DNA of 64,000 bases from Escherichia coli (GTDB lineage: Bacteria > Pseudomonadota > Gammaproteobacteria > Enterobacterales > Enterobacteriaceae), in assembly GCF_036507355.1 (NCBI RefSeq), contig NZ_AP027877.1. One strand, 5' to 3'. Made by a program: the position numbers and the translations under genes. The notes under the pieces were generated by a model. It was not told where the DNA came from. It saw nothing but the letters and a program-made list of their open reading frames with translations, and did no database searches. Shown here piece after piece: positions 33,899 to 44,590 of the stretch. How positions within the stretch are numbered: position 1 is the first letter of the stretch; every line of letters begins with the position of its first letter.

Positions 33899-33997
33899 TG
33901 CCGGATGCGGCGTGAACGCCTTATCCAGCCTACAAAATTGTGCAAAATCAATGGATTGCACAGGTAGCGTAGGCCTGATAAGCGTAGCGCATCAGGC
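33899..33997. repeat. BIME: two inverted REP units between gcd and cueO
   Basis: tgccggatgcggcgtgaacgccttatccagcctac and gtaggcctgataagcgtagcgcatcaggc are canonical REP sequences. Confidence 0.75.
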
Positions 33998-34062
33998 AGA
34001 TTTGCGTTTGTCATCAGTTTAATGCCCGGAGAGATCCGGGCATATTCCCGAATACGGTCTTT

Positions 34063-35613
34063 TTATACCGTAAACCCTAACATCATCCCCGTATCTTCAT
34101 GCTCCAGCAGATGGCAGTGCGCCATATAAGCATGTTCTTTCGGTGCGTCGTGATTAAACTTCACCAGCACTTCACTGACATTGCCTTCTACCTTAACGGT
34201 ATCTTTCCAGCCCGCGCGATGAGCCGCTGGCGGTTTGCCATTTTCTGACAAGATACGGAACTGCGTGCCGTGAATATGGAACGGATGCAGCATCATGTCG
34301 CCCACGCCAGAGATAACCCAACGTTCATACTGCCCTTTCGCCGCCGCAAACATCGGCTTATTCATATCAAACGCCTGACCGTTGATTTTATTGGCATGGT
34401 GGAAATCGAACTTCCCGCCGTGGTTCATATGATTCATATTGCCGTGCCCCATATGGCCCATCATCTGGCTGTGATCCATCCCGGCCATCGCCTGATCGCC
34501 ATATTTCTCCATTAGCATCTGCATCCCCATCATATCGAGCATCGGGTCCATAGAAAGTTGCAGCTTGCGTACCGTCAGCCCTTCCAGCGAAGGTAACGCA
34601 GGCAGGCTACTTAATGTGTCTGGCAAAGCACCGGAGGCACTAATAGCAATCGGCTGAATCCGCATTACCGGATGCGGCTTGTCAAACGGTGCAATCGCCA
34701 TCCCCATCTGGCTGACCGGCAGCGTCACCAGGTCAAAGGGTTTGTTGTCGTTAACCTCCACCAGCACTTCAAAACGCTCGCCCATCAGCACCGGCAGCTC
34801 GTTCACCTTCACCGGTTCAGGTAGCAGACCACCGTCGCTGGCAATCACATAAAGCGGGCGATTGTCGCTGGTGGCGAAATTGAGCGAGCGGGCATTACAG
34901 CCATTGAGCAAACGCAGGCGCAGCCAACCACGCGGGGCAGCGTGTTGCGGGTAGATTGCACCGTTGGTCAGCAACGTATCGCCAAACCAGCCCACGGCGG
35001 CGGTCATCACATCCAGTTGATAATCAATCTGCCCGTCGGCGCTAAATTTCTTATCCTGAACGATCACCGGAACATCATCGATACCCCACTGTTTTGGCAG
35101 CATTAATTTCAGGATCTCGTCATCTTCAATCACCACCAGACCAGCCAGCCCCATCGCCACCTGTCGCCCGGTCTTGCCATGTTGATGTGGATGGAACCAG
35201 CAGGTAGCGGCAGGTTGATCAACGTTCAACGTCACCGAGCGCTTGCCACCTGGCGGAATAATTCCCTGTGGGCCGCCGTCGACTTCACCCGGTACTTCCA
35301 GCCCGTGCCAGTGCAACGTCGTCTCTTCCGTCAGTTGGTTATAGATATCAACCGTTACCGCTTTGCCGCGCTGTAATTTCACCGCCGGCCCCAGCAGATT
35401 GCCGTTATAGCCCCAGGTAGTTGCAGTTTTCTCGCCAAAGGTAGACTGACCTGCGCCAATAGTTAACTGAATGCGATTACGGGCATCGGTCGTGAGCAAA
35501 TCAGGGATCGGTAACGTTGGGCGTTCCGCCGCAAAGACTGCACGGCTCCACAGTGGCAAGGCTGAAGCCACACCCAGTGCGACGGAATATTTCAAGAAAT
35601 CACGACGTTGCAT
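34063..35613 (-). CDS. cueO: Multicopper oxidase CueO (Tat-exported)
   Basis: ORF track 34063..35652; start at ATG 35611-35613 ([28 protein letters not shown] twin-arginine signal); Met-rich segment; copper-site histidines. Confidence 0.9.
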   Translation of the reverse strand: MQRRDFLKYSVALGVASALPLWSRAVFAAERPTLPIPDLLTTDARNRIQLTIGAGQSTFGEKTATTWGYNGNLLGPAVKLQRGKAVTVDIYNQLTEETTLHWHGLEVPGEVDGGPQGIIPPGGKRSVTLNVDQPAATCWFHPHQHGKTGRQVAMGLAGLVVIEDDEILKLMLPKQWGIDDVPVIVQDKKFSADGQIDYQLDVMTAAVGWFGDTLLTNGAIYPQHAAPRGWLRLRLLNGCNARSLNFATSDNRPLYVIASDGGLLPEPVKVNELPVLMGERFEVLVEVNDNKPFDLVTLPVSQMGMAIAPFDKPHPVMRIQPIAISASGALPDTLSSLPALPSLEGLTVRKLQLSMDPMLDMMGMQMLMEKYGDQAMAGMDHSQMMGHMGHGNMNHMNHGGKFDFHHANKINGQAFDMNKPMFAAAKGQYERWVISGVGDMMLHPFHIHGTQFRILSENGKPPAAHRAGWKDTVKVEGNVSEVLVKFNHDAPKEHAYMAHCHLLEHEDTGMMLGFTV

Positions 35614-35663
35614 AGTTATTTCCTTATTCTTAAGCAGGCGAAACAAAATCAAACGTTGAGCAT

Positions 35664-35688
35664 AGTCCTTCCCCTTACGGGAAGGTCA
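35664..35688 (-). promoter_or_regulatory. Putative CueR (MerR-type) operator in the cueO promoter
   Basis: Dyad ccttccc-cttac-gggaagg at 35667-35685, 55-75 bp upstream of cueO start. Confidence 0.55.
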
Positions 35689-35778
35689 AGCCGCAGACAC
35701 AATTTAATCGACAATAATGGTCGTCGCCTCGCTCGCAGTGTGCTAACGTTTATCTTCTTTAAGCCCCTGGTAGAAGCA

Positions 35779-36126
35779 ATGAAGACGTTTTTCAGAACAG
35801 TGTTATTCGGCAGCCTGATGGCCGTTTGCGCAAACAGTTACGCGCTCAGCGAGTCTGAAGCCGAAGATATGGCCGATTTAACGGCAGTTTTTGTCTTTCT
35901 GAAGAACGATTGTGGTTACCAGAACTTACCTAACGGGCAAATTCGTCGCGCACTGGTCTTTTTCGCCCAGCAAAACCAGTGGGATCTCAGTAACTACGAC
36001 ACCTTCGACATGAAAGCCCTCGGTGAAGACAGCTACCGCGATCTCAGCGGCATTGGCATTCCCGTCGCTAAAAAATGCAAAGCCCTGGCCCGCGATTCCT
36101 TAAGCCTGCTTGCCTACGTCAAATAA
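35779..36126 (+). CDS. yacC: Small periplasmic protein YacC (PulS/OutS-like)
   Basis: ATG 35779 (MKTFFRTVLFGSLMAVCANSYA signal peptide), 115 aa inside ORF track 35608..36126. Confidence 0.8.
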   Translation: MKTFFRTVLFGSLMAVCANSYALSESEAEDMADLTAVFVFLKNDCGYQNLPNGQIRRALVFFAQQNQWDLSNYDTFDMKALGEDSYRDLSGIGIPVAKKCKALARDSLSLLAYVK

Positions 36127-36231
36127 TCCCTGATACCTTTTTGTAGAAATATTGACCGTGCATCCGCGGTCAATGTTAGCTATTATGTTGCGCCCTTTTT
36201 TTACGGGTGTTAACAAAGGAGGTATCAACCC

Positions 36232-37098
36232 ATGGCCGAAAAAAAACAGTGGCATGAAACGCTACACGACCAGTTTGGGCAGTACTTTGCGGTAGATAAC
36301 GTTCTGTATCATGAAAAGACCGATCACCAGGATCTGATCATTTTTGAGAACGCTGCATTTGGTCGCGTAATGGCGCTGGATGGCGTAGTACAAACCACCG
36401 AGCGCGACGAGTTTATCTATCATGAGATGATGACCCATGTTCCGCTACTGGCCCACGGTCACGCGAAACATGTGCTGATTATCGGCGGCGGCGACGGTGC
36501 CATGCTGCGTGAAGTAACCCGACATAAAAACGTTGAGTCAATCACGATGGTGGAAATCGATGCGGGTGTCGTGTCGTTCTGCCGTCAGTATCTACCCAAC
36601 CATAACGCCGGTAGCTACGACGATCCGCGCTTTAAGCTGGTGATCGACGATGGCGTCAATTTCGTTAATCAAACCAGCCAGACCTTTGATGTCATTATCT
36701 CCGACTGCACCGATCCTATCGGTCCCGGCGAAAGCCTTTTCACTTCGGCATTTTATGAAGGCTGCAAACGTTGCCTGAATCCTGGCGGTATCTTCGTCGC
36801 ACAAAACGGCGTCTGCTTTTTACAGCAGGAAGAAGCCATCGACAGCCATCGCAAACTCAGCCATTACTTCAGCGACGTTGGCTTTTATCAGGCGGCGATC
36901 CCGACCTATTACGGCGGTATCATGACTTTTGCATGGGCGACAGATAACGACGCCTTACGCCATCTCTCAACCGAAATTATTCAGGCGCGTTTTCTCGCCT
37001 CTGGCCTGAAATGCCGTTATTACAATCCGGCAGTCCATACGGCAGCTTTTGCCTTACCCCAGTATCTGCAAGACGCACTGGCTTCACAGCCGTCCTAA
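36232..37098 (+). CDS. speE: Spermidine synthase
   Basis: ORF track 288 aa, [40 protein letters not shown]... Confidence 0.95.
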   Translation: MAEKKQWHETLHDQFGQYFAVDNVLYHEKTDHQDLIIFENAAFGRVMALDGVVQTTERDEFIYHEMMTHVPLLAHGHAKHVLIIGGGDGAMLREVTRHKNVESITMVEIDAGVVSFCRQYLPNHNAGSYDDPRFKLVIDDGVNFVNQTSQTFDVIISDCTDPIGPGESLFTSAFYEGCKRCLNPGGIFVAQNGVCFLQQEEAIDSHRKLSHYFSDVGFYQAAIPTYYGGIMTFAWATDNDALRHLSTEIIQARFLASGLKCRYYNPAVHTAAFALPQYLQDALASQPS

Positions 37099-37113
37099 GG
37101 AGAAGATAAGAAA

Positions 37114-37908
37114 TTGAAAAAACTGAAACTGCATGGCTTTAATAATCTGACCAAAAGTCTGAGTTTTTGTATTTACGATATCTGCTACGCCAAAACTGCC
37201 GAAGAGCGCGACGGTTATATTGCTTATATCGATGAACTCTATAATGCCAACCGTCTGACCGAAATCCTGTCAGAAACCTGTTCCATTATCGGGGCTAATA
37301 TTCTTAACATCGCCCGCCAGGATTACGAACCACAGGGTGCCAGCGTCACTATTCTGGTGAGTGAAGAACCGGTTGACCCGAAACTTATCGACAAAACAGA
37401 ACACCCCGGCCCACTGCCAGAAACGGTCGTTGCCCATCTCGATAAAAGTCATATTTGCGTACATACCTACCCGGAAAGTCATCCTGAAGGCGGTTTATGT
37501 ACCTTCCGCGCCGATATTGAAGTCTCTACCTGCGGCGTGATTTCTCCGCTGAAGGCGCTGAATTACCTGATCCACCAGCTTGAGTCCGATATCGTAACCA
37601 TTGATTATCGCGTGCGCGGTTTTACCCGCGACATTAACGGTATGAAGCACTTTATCGACCATGAGATTAATTCGATTCAGAACTTTATGTCTGACGATAT
37701 GAAGGCGCTGTATGACATGGTGGATGTAAACGTCTATCAGGAAAATATCTTCCATACCAAGATGTTGCTTAAAGAGTTCGACCTTAAGCACTACATGTTC
37801 CACACCAAACCGGAAGATTTAACCGACAGCGAGCGCCAGGAAATTACCGCTGCGCTGTGGAAAGAAATGCGCGAGATTTATTACGGGCGCAATATGCCAG
37901 CTGTTTAA
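37114..37908 (+). CDS. speD: S-adenosylmethionine decarboxylase proenzyme
   Basis: ORF track 264 aa with TTG start at 37114; [22 protein letters not shown]... Confidence 0.9.
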
Positions 37909-37912
37909 CGGC

Positions 37913-37948
37913 TCTGGCGGAGCTCCCAGGCTCCGCCAGATTTATTTA
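37913..37948 (+). terminator. Rho-independent terminator after speD, overlapping the yacL stop
   Basis: Stem tctggcggagc/gctccgccaga followed by tttattta. Confidence 0.6.
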
Positions 37949-38308
37949 CTTCTGCTGCACGAAATTGCGGTAAGCCGCCACCACCTGCAGAAAATCCTCA
38001 ACGCCGCATAGCGACAGGCTTTCTTCGTCGTAGTAGTTCATCCCCTCTTCCATTTCATCGCCAGCGAATTCCAGTTGATTGGCGCGAACCATCACCTCTT
38101 CACCGTCCATCCACAGGGTGTATTCATGCCCTGCCCGTTGCCAGGACCGTTCGCTACCTTTCAGTGCGTGCGCTGCTTGTTCCACTTCATCAAGCAAGGC
38201 CAGGTTTTCTTTCACCTCTTCATTAAACCAGTGCCCGACCACTTCATGCCCCATGGACATACGCACCTTTACCACTCCGGTAATATCGCGCAGAAATTCG
38301 TAATCCAT
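37946..38308 (-). CDS. yacL: UPF0231 family protein YacL
   Basis: ORF track 37946..38356; start at ATG 38306-38308 ([17 protein letters not shown]...), 120 aa. Confidence 0.8.
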
Positions 38309-38410
38309 AGTGTGTTCCTCTGCTCCCGGCAATGCGCCGAAATCGCATTGCGCCATTGATGTAATTATCGCAGCCTTACCGGAGAAAAACAGCGGAACGG
38401 CGATGGTTTA

Positions 38411-38448
38411 GAAATAAAAAATGCCCGGGAATCTCATTCACCGGGCAT
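38411..38448 (-). terminator. Rho-independent terminator after acnB
   Basis: Stem atgcccgg/ccgggcat; on the minus strand followed by UUUUUAUUU. Confidence 0.65.
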
Positions 38449-38482
38449 TGTGTCGTTTATGCGCAGCGCGTGCGCTGACTTT

Positions 38483-41080
38483 TTAAACTGCAGTCTGGAA
38501 AATCACCCCATCGGCTTTCTCGGTGTACTGAGAAAGCTGGTTGAAGTTCAGATAACGGTAAGTATCAACGGCTGTTTTATCTACCTGCGCCACGTAGGTC
38601 TGGTACTCTTCCGGCGTCGGCAGTTTGCCAATCAGCGCCGCAACAGCAGCCAGTTCCGCAGAAGCCAGGAAGACGTTTGCACCAGTACCCAGACGGTTCG
38701 GGAAGTTACGGGTAGAGGTGGAAACCACCGTCGCACCGTCTGCTACACGCGCCTGGTTACCCATACACAGGGAACAGCCAGGGATCTCGATACGCGCACC
38801 ACTCTTACCGAAGACGCTGTAGTAGCCTTCTTCGGTCAACTGTGCGGCGTCCATACGGGTTGGCGGTGCCACCCACAGGCGGGTCGGCAACTGGCCTTTA
38901 TGCGCATCCAGCAGTTTACCCGCAGCACGGAAGTGACCGATGTTGGTCATGCAGGAACCGATAAACACTTCGTCGATCTTCTCACCCTGTACCGCAGACA
39001 GCGGACGCGCGTCATCCGGGTCGTTCGGAGCACACAGGATTGGCTCTTTAATATCCGCCAGATCGATGTCGATCACTGCCGCGTATTCCGCATCTGCATC
39101 GGCTTCCAGCAGCTCAGGATTCGCCAGCCATTTTTCCATGCCCTGAATACGACGTTCCAGGGTGCGACGATCGCCGTAACCTTCCGCGATCATCCACTTC
39201 AGCAGGACGATGTTGGAGTTCAGGTATTCGATGATCGGTTCTTTGTTCAGCTTGATGGTACAACCGGCAGCAGAACGCTCGGCGGACGCATCGGTCAGTT
39301 CAAATGCCTGCTCAACTTTCAGATCCGGCAGACCTTCAATTTCCAGAATGCGACCTGAGAAGATGTTTTTCTTGCCTTTCTTCTCAACGGTCAGCAGACC
39401 TTGTTTGATCGCATACAGCGGAATAGCGTGTACCAGATCGCGCAGGGTGATGCCCGGCTGCATTTTGCCTTTGAAGCGCACCAGAACGGATTCCGGCATA
39501 TCCAGCGGCATTACGCCTGTTGCGGCTGCAAATGCCACCAGACCAGAACCCGCCGGGAAAGAGATACCGATCGGGAAACGGGTATGGGAGTCACCACCGG
39601 TACCGACGGTATCCGGCAGCAGCATACGGTTCAGCCAGGAGTGGATTACGCCGTCACCCGGACGCAGCGACACACCGCCACGGTTCATAATGAAGTCCGG
39701 CAGCGTGTGGTGCGTGTTCACGTCAACTGGCTTCGGATACGCCGCGGTGTGGCAGAAAGACTGCATCACCAGGTCAGCCGAGAAGCCCAGGCACGCCAGG
39801 TCTTTCAGTTCATCACGGGTCATCGGGCCTGTGGTGTCCTGAGAGCCTACAGAAGTCATTTTCGGTTCACAGTACGCGCCCGGACGAATGCCTTTCACGC
39901 CACAGGCACGGCCTACCATTTTCTGCGCCAGCGAGAAGCCGCGATCGCTCTCAGCGACATCTTTCGCCTGACGGAACACATCACTGTGCGGCAGACCAAG
40001 TGCTTCACGCGCTTTGGTGGTCAGGCCACGCCCGATAATCAGCGGAATACGGCCGCCAGCACGCACTTCATCAATCAGCACGTCGGTTTTCAGTTCGAAG
40101 GTCGCCAGCAGTTCGCCTGTTTCGTGGTTACGCACTTCACCTTTGTACGGGTAAACGTCAATCACGTCGCCCATGTTCAGGTTAGAGACGTCGACTTCGA
40201 TTGGCAGTGCACCCGCGTCTTCCATCGTGTTAAAGAAGATGGGTGCAATTTTACCGCCGAGGCACAAACCACCGCCGCGTTTGTTCGGCACATGTGGAAT
40301 ATCATCGCCCATAAACCACAGAACGGAGTTCGTGGCGGATTTACGCGAAGAACCCGTACCCACAACGTCACCGACGTACGCCAGCGGGAAACCTTTCTGT
40401 TGCAGAGCTTCGATTTGCTTGATCGGACCAACAACACCAGGCTGGTCTGGCTCAATACCTTCACGGGCGTTTTTCAGCATCGCCAGCGCGTGCAGTGGGA
40501 TATCCGGGCGCGACCACGCATCCGGTGCCGGAGAAAGGTCATCGGTGTTGGTTTCGCCAGTGACTTTGAAGACGGTAACGGTCAGTTTTTCAGCCAGCGC
40601 CGGGCGATTCAGGAACCATTCGGCATCCGCCCAGGACTGCATTACCTGCTTCGCATATTCGTTGCCTGCTTTCGCTTTCTCTTCTACGTCATAGAAGTTA
40701 TCGAACATCAGCAGCGTGTGAGAAAGTGCTTTGGCAGCGATCGGTGCCAGTTTGGCATCATCCAGCGCGTCGATCAGCGGATGAATGTTGTAACCACCCT
40801 GCATGGTGCCCAGCAGTTCGATGGCTTTTTCCGGAGTCAGCAGTGGGGATTTGGCTTCACCTTTCGCGACAGCAGCCAGGAAGCCTGCTTTGACATAGGC
40901 GGCTTCATCGACGCCAGGGGGAACACGGTTGGTTAATAGATCTAACAGGAATTCTTCTTCGCCCGCGGGCGGGTTTTTCAGCAGCTCTACAAGTGCGGCC
41001 ATTTGGTTTGCATCCAGGGGTTTGGGCGCAATCCCCTCAGCGGCACGCTCAGCTACGTGCTTACGGTATTCTTCTAGCAC
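38483..41080 (-). CDS. acnB: Aconitate hydratase B (bifunctional aconitase / 2-methylisocitrate dehydratase)
   Basis: ORF track 38483..41233; known N-terminus [16 protein letters not shown] corresponds to GTG at 41078-41080, 865 aa. Confidence 0.93.
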   Translation of the reverse strand: MLEEYRKHVAERAAEGIAPKPLDANQMAALVELLKNPPAGEEEFLLDLLTNRVPPGVDEAAYVKAGFLAAVAKGEAKSPLLTPEKAIELLGTMQGGYNIHPLIDALDDAKLAPIAAKALSHTLLMFDNFYDVEEKAKAGNEYAKQVMQSWADAEWFLNRPALAEKLTVTVFKVTGETNTDDLSPAPDAWSRPDIPLHALAMLKNAREGIEPDQPGVVGPIKQIEALQQKGFPLAYVGDVVGTGSSRKSATNSVLWFMGDDIPHVPNKRGGGLCLGGKIAPIFFNTMEDAGALPIEVDVSNLNMGDVIDVYPYKGEVRNHETGELLATFELKTDVLIDEVRAGGRIPLIIGRGLTTKAREALGLPHSDVFRQAKDVAESDRGFSLAQKMVGRACGVKGIRPGAYCEPKMTSVGSQDTTGPMTRDELKDLACLGFSADLVMQSFCHTAAYPKPVDVNTHHTLPDFIMNRGGVSLRPGDGVIHSWLNRMLLPDTVGTGGDSHTRFPIGISFPAGSGLVAFAAATGVMPLDMPESVLVRFKGKMQPGITLRDLVHAIPLYAIKQGLLTVEKKGKKNIFSGRILEIEGLPDLKVEQAFELTDASAERSAAGCTIKLNKEPIIEYLNSNIVLLKWMIAEGYGDRRTLERRIQGMEKWLANPELLEADADAEYAAVIDIDLADIKEPILCAPNDPDDARPLSAVQGEKIDEVFIGSCMTNIGHFRAAGKLLDAHKGQLPTRLWVAPPTRMDAAQLTEEGYYSVFGKSGARIEIPGCSLCMGNQARVADGATVVSTSTRNFPNRLGTGANVFLASAELAAVAALIGKLPTPEEYQTYVAQVDKTAVDTYRYLNFNQLSQYTEKADGVIFQTAV

Positions 41081-42498
41081 GACGGTTCTCCTCGCTCTCA
41101 TTGTCATAGTGCGGCAGGCGATTCTCTTCACGCTCCTGTGAGACAGCAGTTTGTAGGGTAAATGCCCAGTACCGCAACGGGCAGAATAGCAGGATTTTGA
41201 CGATGTGTTAATCTGTTTACAAAAAAGCAACATAAAAAAGTGGCTGAATCGTTAAGGATGGTCTAGAGATTGTTTCCCTCCGTAAAAACTTCGTTAATTC
41301 GCATAGTGATAATCACCTTTCTCAACGAATCCCAAGATTAGTCAAAATTTAAACTACCGCCTCTTTATACTCAGATTTACAGCACCTGCGGGTGGCAGTT
41401 CGCCGACCATTGCGATTTCCTTGAGATCCGAATTATGAAAATGACTTTGCCGTTTAAACCCCATGTGCTGGCGCTAATTTGCAGTGCCGGGCTTTGTGCC
41501 GCCTCTACCGGGCTATATATAAAAAGCCGCACAGTGGAAGCGCCTGTGGAACCGCAATCGACACAACTGGCTGTGTCTGACGCTGCCGCGGTTACGCTTC
41601 CTGCAACGGTTTCCGCACCTCCCGTAACACCCGCCGTCGTCAAATCCGCATTCAGCACTGCACAAATAGATCAATGGGTCGCGCCCGTCGCGCTGTATCC
41701 CGACGCCCTACTTTCGCAGGTGCTGATGGCATCAACCTATCCGACAAACGTTGCTCAAGCAGTGCAATGGTCGCACGATAATCCACTTAAACAAGGCGAT
41801 GCTGCTATTCAGGCGGTATCTGACCAGCCGTGGGACGCCAGCGTTAAATCACTGGTGGCCTTTCCACAATTGATGGCATTGATGGGCGAAAACCCGCAAT
41901 GAGTGCAAAACCTGGGCGATGCTTTTCTGGCGCAGCCGCAGGACGTGATGGACTCGGTACAGCGATTGCGGCAACTGGCGCAACAAACCGGCTCGCTGAA
42001 GTCATCAACCGAACAGAAAGTTATTACCACAACGAAGAAAGCTGTACCGGTAAAACAGACAGTCACGGCACCCGTCATACCATCCAATACCGTTTCAACT
42101 GCCAACCCTGTCATTACAGAGCCTGCAACAACCGTCATTTCCATTGAGCCCGCCAATCCTGATGTAGTCTATATTCCCAACTACAACCCAACCGTGGTTT
42201 ACGGGAACTGGGCCAATACTGCGTATCCGCCGGTTTATCTGCCACCACCAGCCGGAGAACCGTTTGTTGACAGCTTTGTGCGCGGATTCGGCTATAGCAT
42301 GGGCGTTGCTACCACGTACGCACTATTCAGCAGCATCGACTGGGATGACGACGATCATGACCATTATCATCATGACGATGATAATTATCATCACCACGAT
42401 GGCGGTCATCGTGACGGTAATGGCTGGCAACACAATGAATCGCCACGGGTTTAACAGACACCTCAGAGTCATTTAAGATGGCTTAAAGAGAGGTGCCC

Positions 42499-42777
42499 AT
42501 GAGCGGTAAGCGTTATCCCGAAGAGTTTAAAATTGAAGCAGTCAAACAGGTTGTTGATCGCGGTTATTCTGTTGCCAGCGTTGCAACACGTCTCGATATC
42601 ACCACCCACAGCCTTTACGCCTGGATAAAGAAGTACGGTCCGGATTCTTCCGCTAATAAAGAACAGTCAGATGCTCAGGCCGAGATCCGCCGTCTCCAGA
42701 AAGAGCTGAAGCGGGTTACCGACGAACGGGACATATTAAAAAAAGCCGCGGCGTACTTCGCAAAGCTGTCCGACTGA
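42499..42777 (+). CDS. IS3-family transposase OrfA (helix-turn-helix plus leucine zipper)
   Basis: MSGKRYPEEFKIEAVKQVVDRGYSVASVATRLDITTHSLYAWIKKYG...; slippery A7G at 42738-42745 near the 3' end. Confidence 0.85.
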   Translation: MSGKRYPEEFKIEAVKQVVDRGYSVASVATRLDITTHSLYAWIKKYGPDSSANKEQSDAQAEIRRLQKELKRVTDERDILKKAAAYFAKLSD

Positions 42778-42833
42778 GGTACGCCTTTATCCGTGACAAC
42801 ACCTGTTGCTGGCCTGTTCGCCTGCTCTGTCGG

Positions 42834-43646
42834 GTGCTGGATGTTCATCCCAGTGGTTTTTACGCCTGGCTTCAGCAGCCGCATTCACAACGCCATCAGG
42901 CAGACCTGAGGCTGACAGGGCAGATTAAACAGTTCTGGCTGGAATCGGGATGCGTCTATGGTTATCGCAAAATCCATCTGGATCTGCGGGACAGCGGGCA
43001 ACAGTGCGGAGTGAACAGAGTCTGGCGACTGATGAAACGTGTCGGGATAAAGGCTCAGGTCGGATACCGGAGCCCGCGGGCACGTAAAGGCGAGGCCAGT
43101 ATCGTGTCGCCCAACAGGCTCCAGCGACAGTTCAATCCGGATGCTCCGGATAAGCGTTGGGTAACGGACATAACCTACATCAGGACCCACGAAGGCTGGC
43201 TGTATCTTGCCGTGGTTGTTGATCTGTTCTCACGCAAAATTATCGGCTGGTCCATGCAATCCCGGATGACAAAGGACATTGTCCTGAACGCACTGCTGAT
43301 GGCTGTATGGCGCCGTAATCCCCAAAAACAGGTGCTGGTTCATTCGGATCAGGGCAGTCAGTACACAAGCCATGAGTGGCAGTCGTTCCTGAAATCACAC
43401 GGCCTGGATGGCAGCATGAGCCGTCGCGGTAACTGCCATGATAATGCGGTTGCAGAAAGCTTTTTCCAGTTGTTGAAACGCGAACGGATAAAGAAAAAGA
43501 TCTACGGAACGCGGGAAGAAGCCCGCAGCGATATTTTTGATTACATCGAAATGTTTTATAACAGTAAGCGTCGGCATGGTTCCAGCGATCAGATGTCACC
43601 GACAGAATATGAAAACCAGTATTATCAACGGCTCGGAAGTGTCTAG
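42834..43646 (+). CDS. IS3-family transposase OrfB (DDE integrase core), expected as OrfAB fusion by -1 frameshift
   Basis: ORF track 270 aa in -1 frame relative to orfA; motifs WVTDITYI, HSDQGSQYTS, CHDNAVAESFF. Confidence 0.85.
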   Translation: MLDVHPSGFYAWLQQPHSQRHQADLRLTGQIKQFWLESGCVYGYRKIHLDLRDSGQQCGVNRVWRLMKRVGIKAQVGYRSPRARKGEASIVSPNRLQRQFNPDAPDKRWVTDITYIRTHEGWLYLAVVVDLFSRKIIGWSMQSRMTKDIVLNALLMAVWRRNPQKQVLVHSDQGSQYTSHEWQSFLKSHGLDGSMSRRGNCHDNAVAESFFQLLKRERIKKKIYGTREEARSDIFDYIEMFYNSKRRHGSSDQMSPTEYENQYYQRLGSV

Positions 43647-44070
43647 ATTATCCGTGGCGATTCACAACGGCGACAACATCAATATCGACGTCAACAATTT
43701 CAACCGTATCACCGGTGAGCATCTTACTGATAAGAATATGGCATGGCGGCACAATCAAAACTACCGTAATGGTGTGCCCTATCATGATCAGGATATGGCA
43801 AAGCGGTTTCATCAAACCGATGTCAACGGCGGAATGAGTGCCACGCAGCTACCTGCTCCAACACGCGACAGCCAGCGTCAGGCGGCAGCAAGTCAGTTTC
43901 AGCAACGAACACACGCCGCCCCCGTCATTACACGAGATACCCAACGTCAGGCAGCGGCACAGCGGTTTAATGAAGCTGAACACTATGGGAGCTATGACGA
44001 CTTCCGCGACTTCAGCCGTCGCCAACCACTGACCCAGCAACAAAAGGACGCCGCTCGTCAGCGTTATCAG

Positions 44071-44420
44071 TCAGCTTCTCCTGAGCAGCGCCAGGCAGTT
44101 CACGAGAAAATGCAGACTAACCCGCAGAACCAGCAGCGAAGAGAGGCAGCGCGTGAGCGCATTCAGCCCGCCTCGCCTGAGCAGCGCCAGGCAGTCCGCG
44201 AGAAAATACAGATTAACCCACAGATCCAGCAGCGAAGAGACGCAGCGCGTGAGCGTATTCAGTCAGCCTCGCCTGAGCAGCGCCAGGTGTTTAAGGAAAA
44301 AGTACAGCAGCGCCCACTGAACCAACAGCAACGTGATAACGCCCGCCAGCGTGTTCAATCAGCATCACCTGAACAACGTCAGGTTTTTCGGGAGAAAGTT
44401 CAGGAGAGCCGCCCACAACG
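44071..44420 (+). repeat. Tandem 96-bp coding repeats (about 3.6 copies) in the yacH 3' part
   Basis: Repeated 32-aa unit SASPEQRQAV(H/R)EK(M/I)Q.NPQ.QQRR.AARERIQ with copies starting at 44071, 44167, 44263, 44359. Confidence 0.7.
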
Positions 44421-44531
44421 TCTAAACGACAGTAACCATACTGCCAGGCTGAATAACGAGCAACGGTCAGCAGTACGCGAACGTCTCTCTGAGCGCGGAG
44501 CAAGGCGACTGGAAAGGTAAATTACAGGCGT

Positions 44532-44562
44532 AAAAAAAGCGGCGTGGTTAGCCGCTTTTTTA
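44532..44562. terminator. Bidirectional rho-independent terminator between convergent yacH and lpd
   Basis: A7 - stem agcggc/gccgct - T7. Confidence 0.7.
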
Positions 44563-44590
44563 ATTGCCGGATGTTCCGGCAAACGAAAAA

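Larger units (their letters stand above)
42436..43664 (+). mobile_element. IS3-family insertion sequence, 1229 bp (IS600-like by recollection)
   Basis: Terminal inverted repeats tgaatcgccacgg... (42436) and ...ccgtggcgattca (43664); flanking 3-bp direct repeat CAA at 42433-42435 and 43665-43667; orfA plus orfB in -1 frame. Confidence 0.85.
41435..44520 (+). pseudogene. yacH: yacH disrupted by an in-frame TGA (41900-41902) and by an IS insertion (42436-43664)
   Basis: ORF track fragments 41435..41902, 41903..42454 and 43537..44520 are all pieces of one YacH reading frame; ...LMALMGENPQ-stop-VQNLGDAF...; downstream frame resumes after the IS with GDNINIDVNNFNR. Confidence 0.8.

Noticed and set aside
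34022-34043. Stem-loop atgcccgg/ccgggcat near the cueO stop as a terminator
   Set aside because: No U tract on either side; may simply be part of the BIME-associated secondary structure
39401-40936. 511-aa plus-strand ORF, with further long ORFs at 38450..39358 and 39210..39842
   Set aside because: Lies entirely antisense to acnB; composition is Arg/His/Thr-rich low complexity typical of antisense frames of a GC-rich highly expressed gene; no start context
41903-42454. 183-aa ORF as a separate gene
   Set aside because: It is the middle fragment of yacH, bounded by the nonsense codon upstream and the IS insertion downstream
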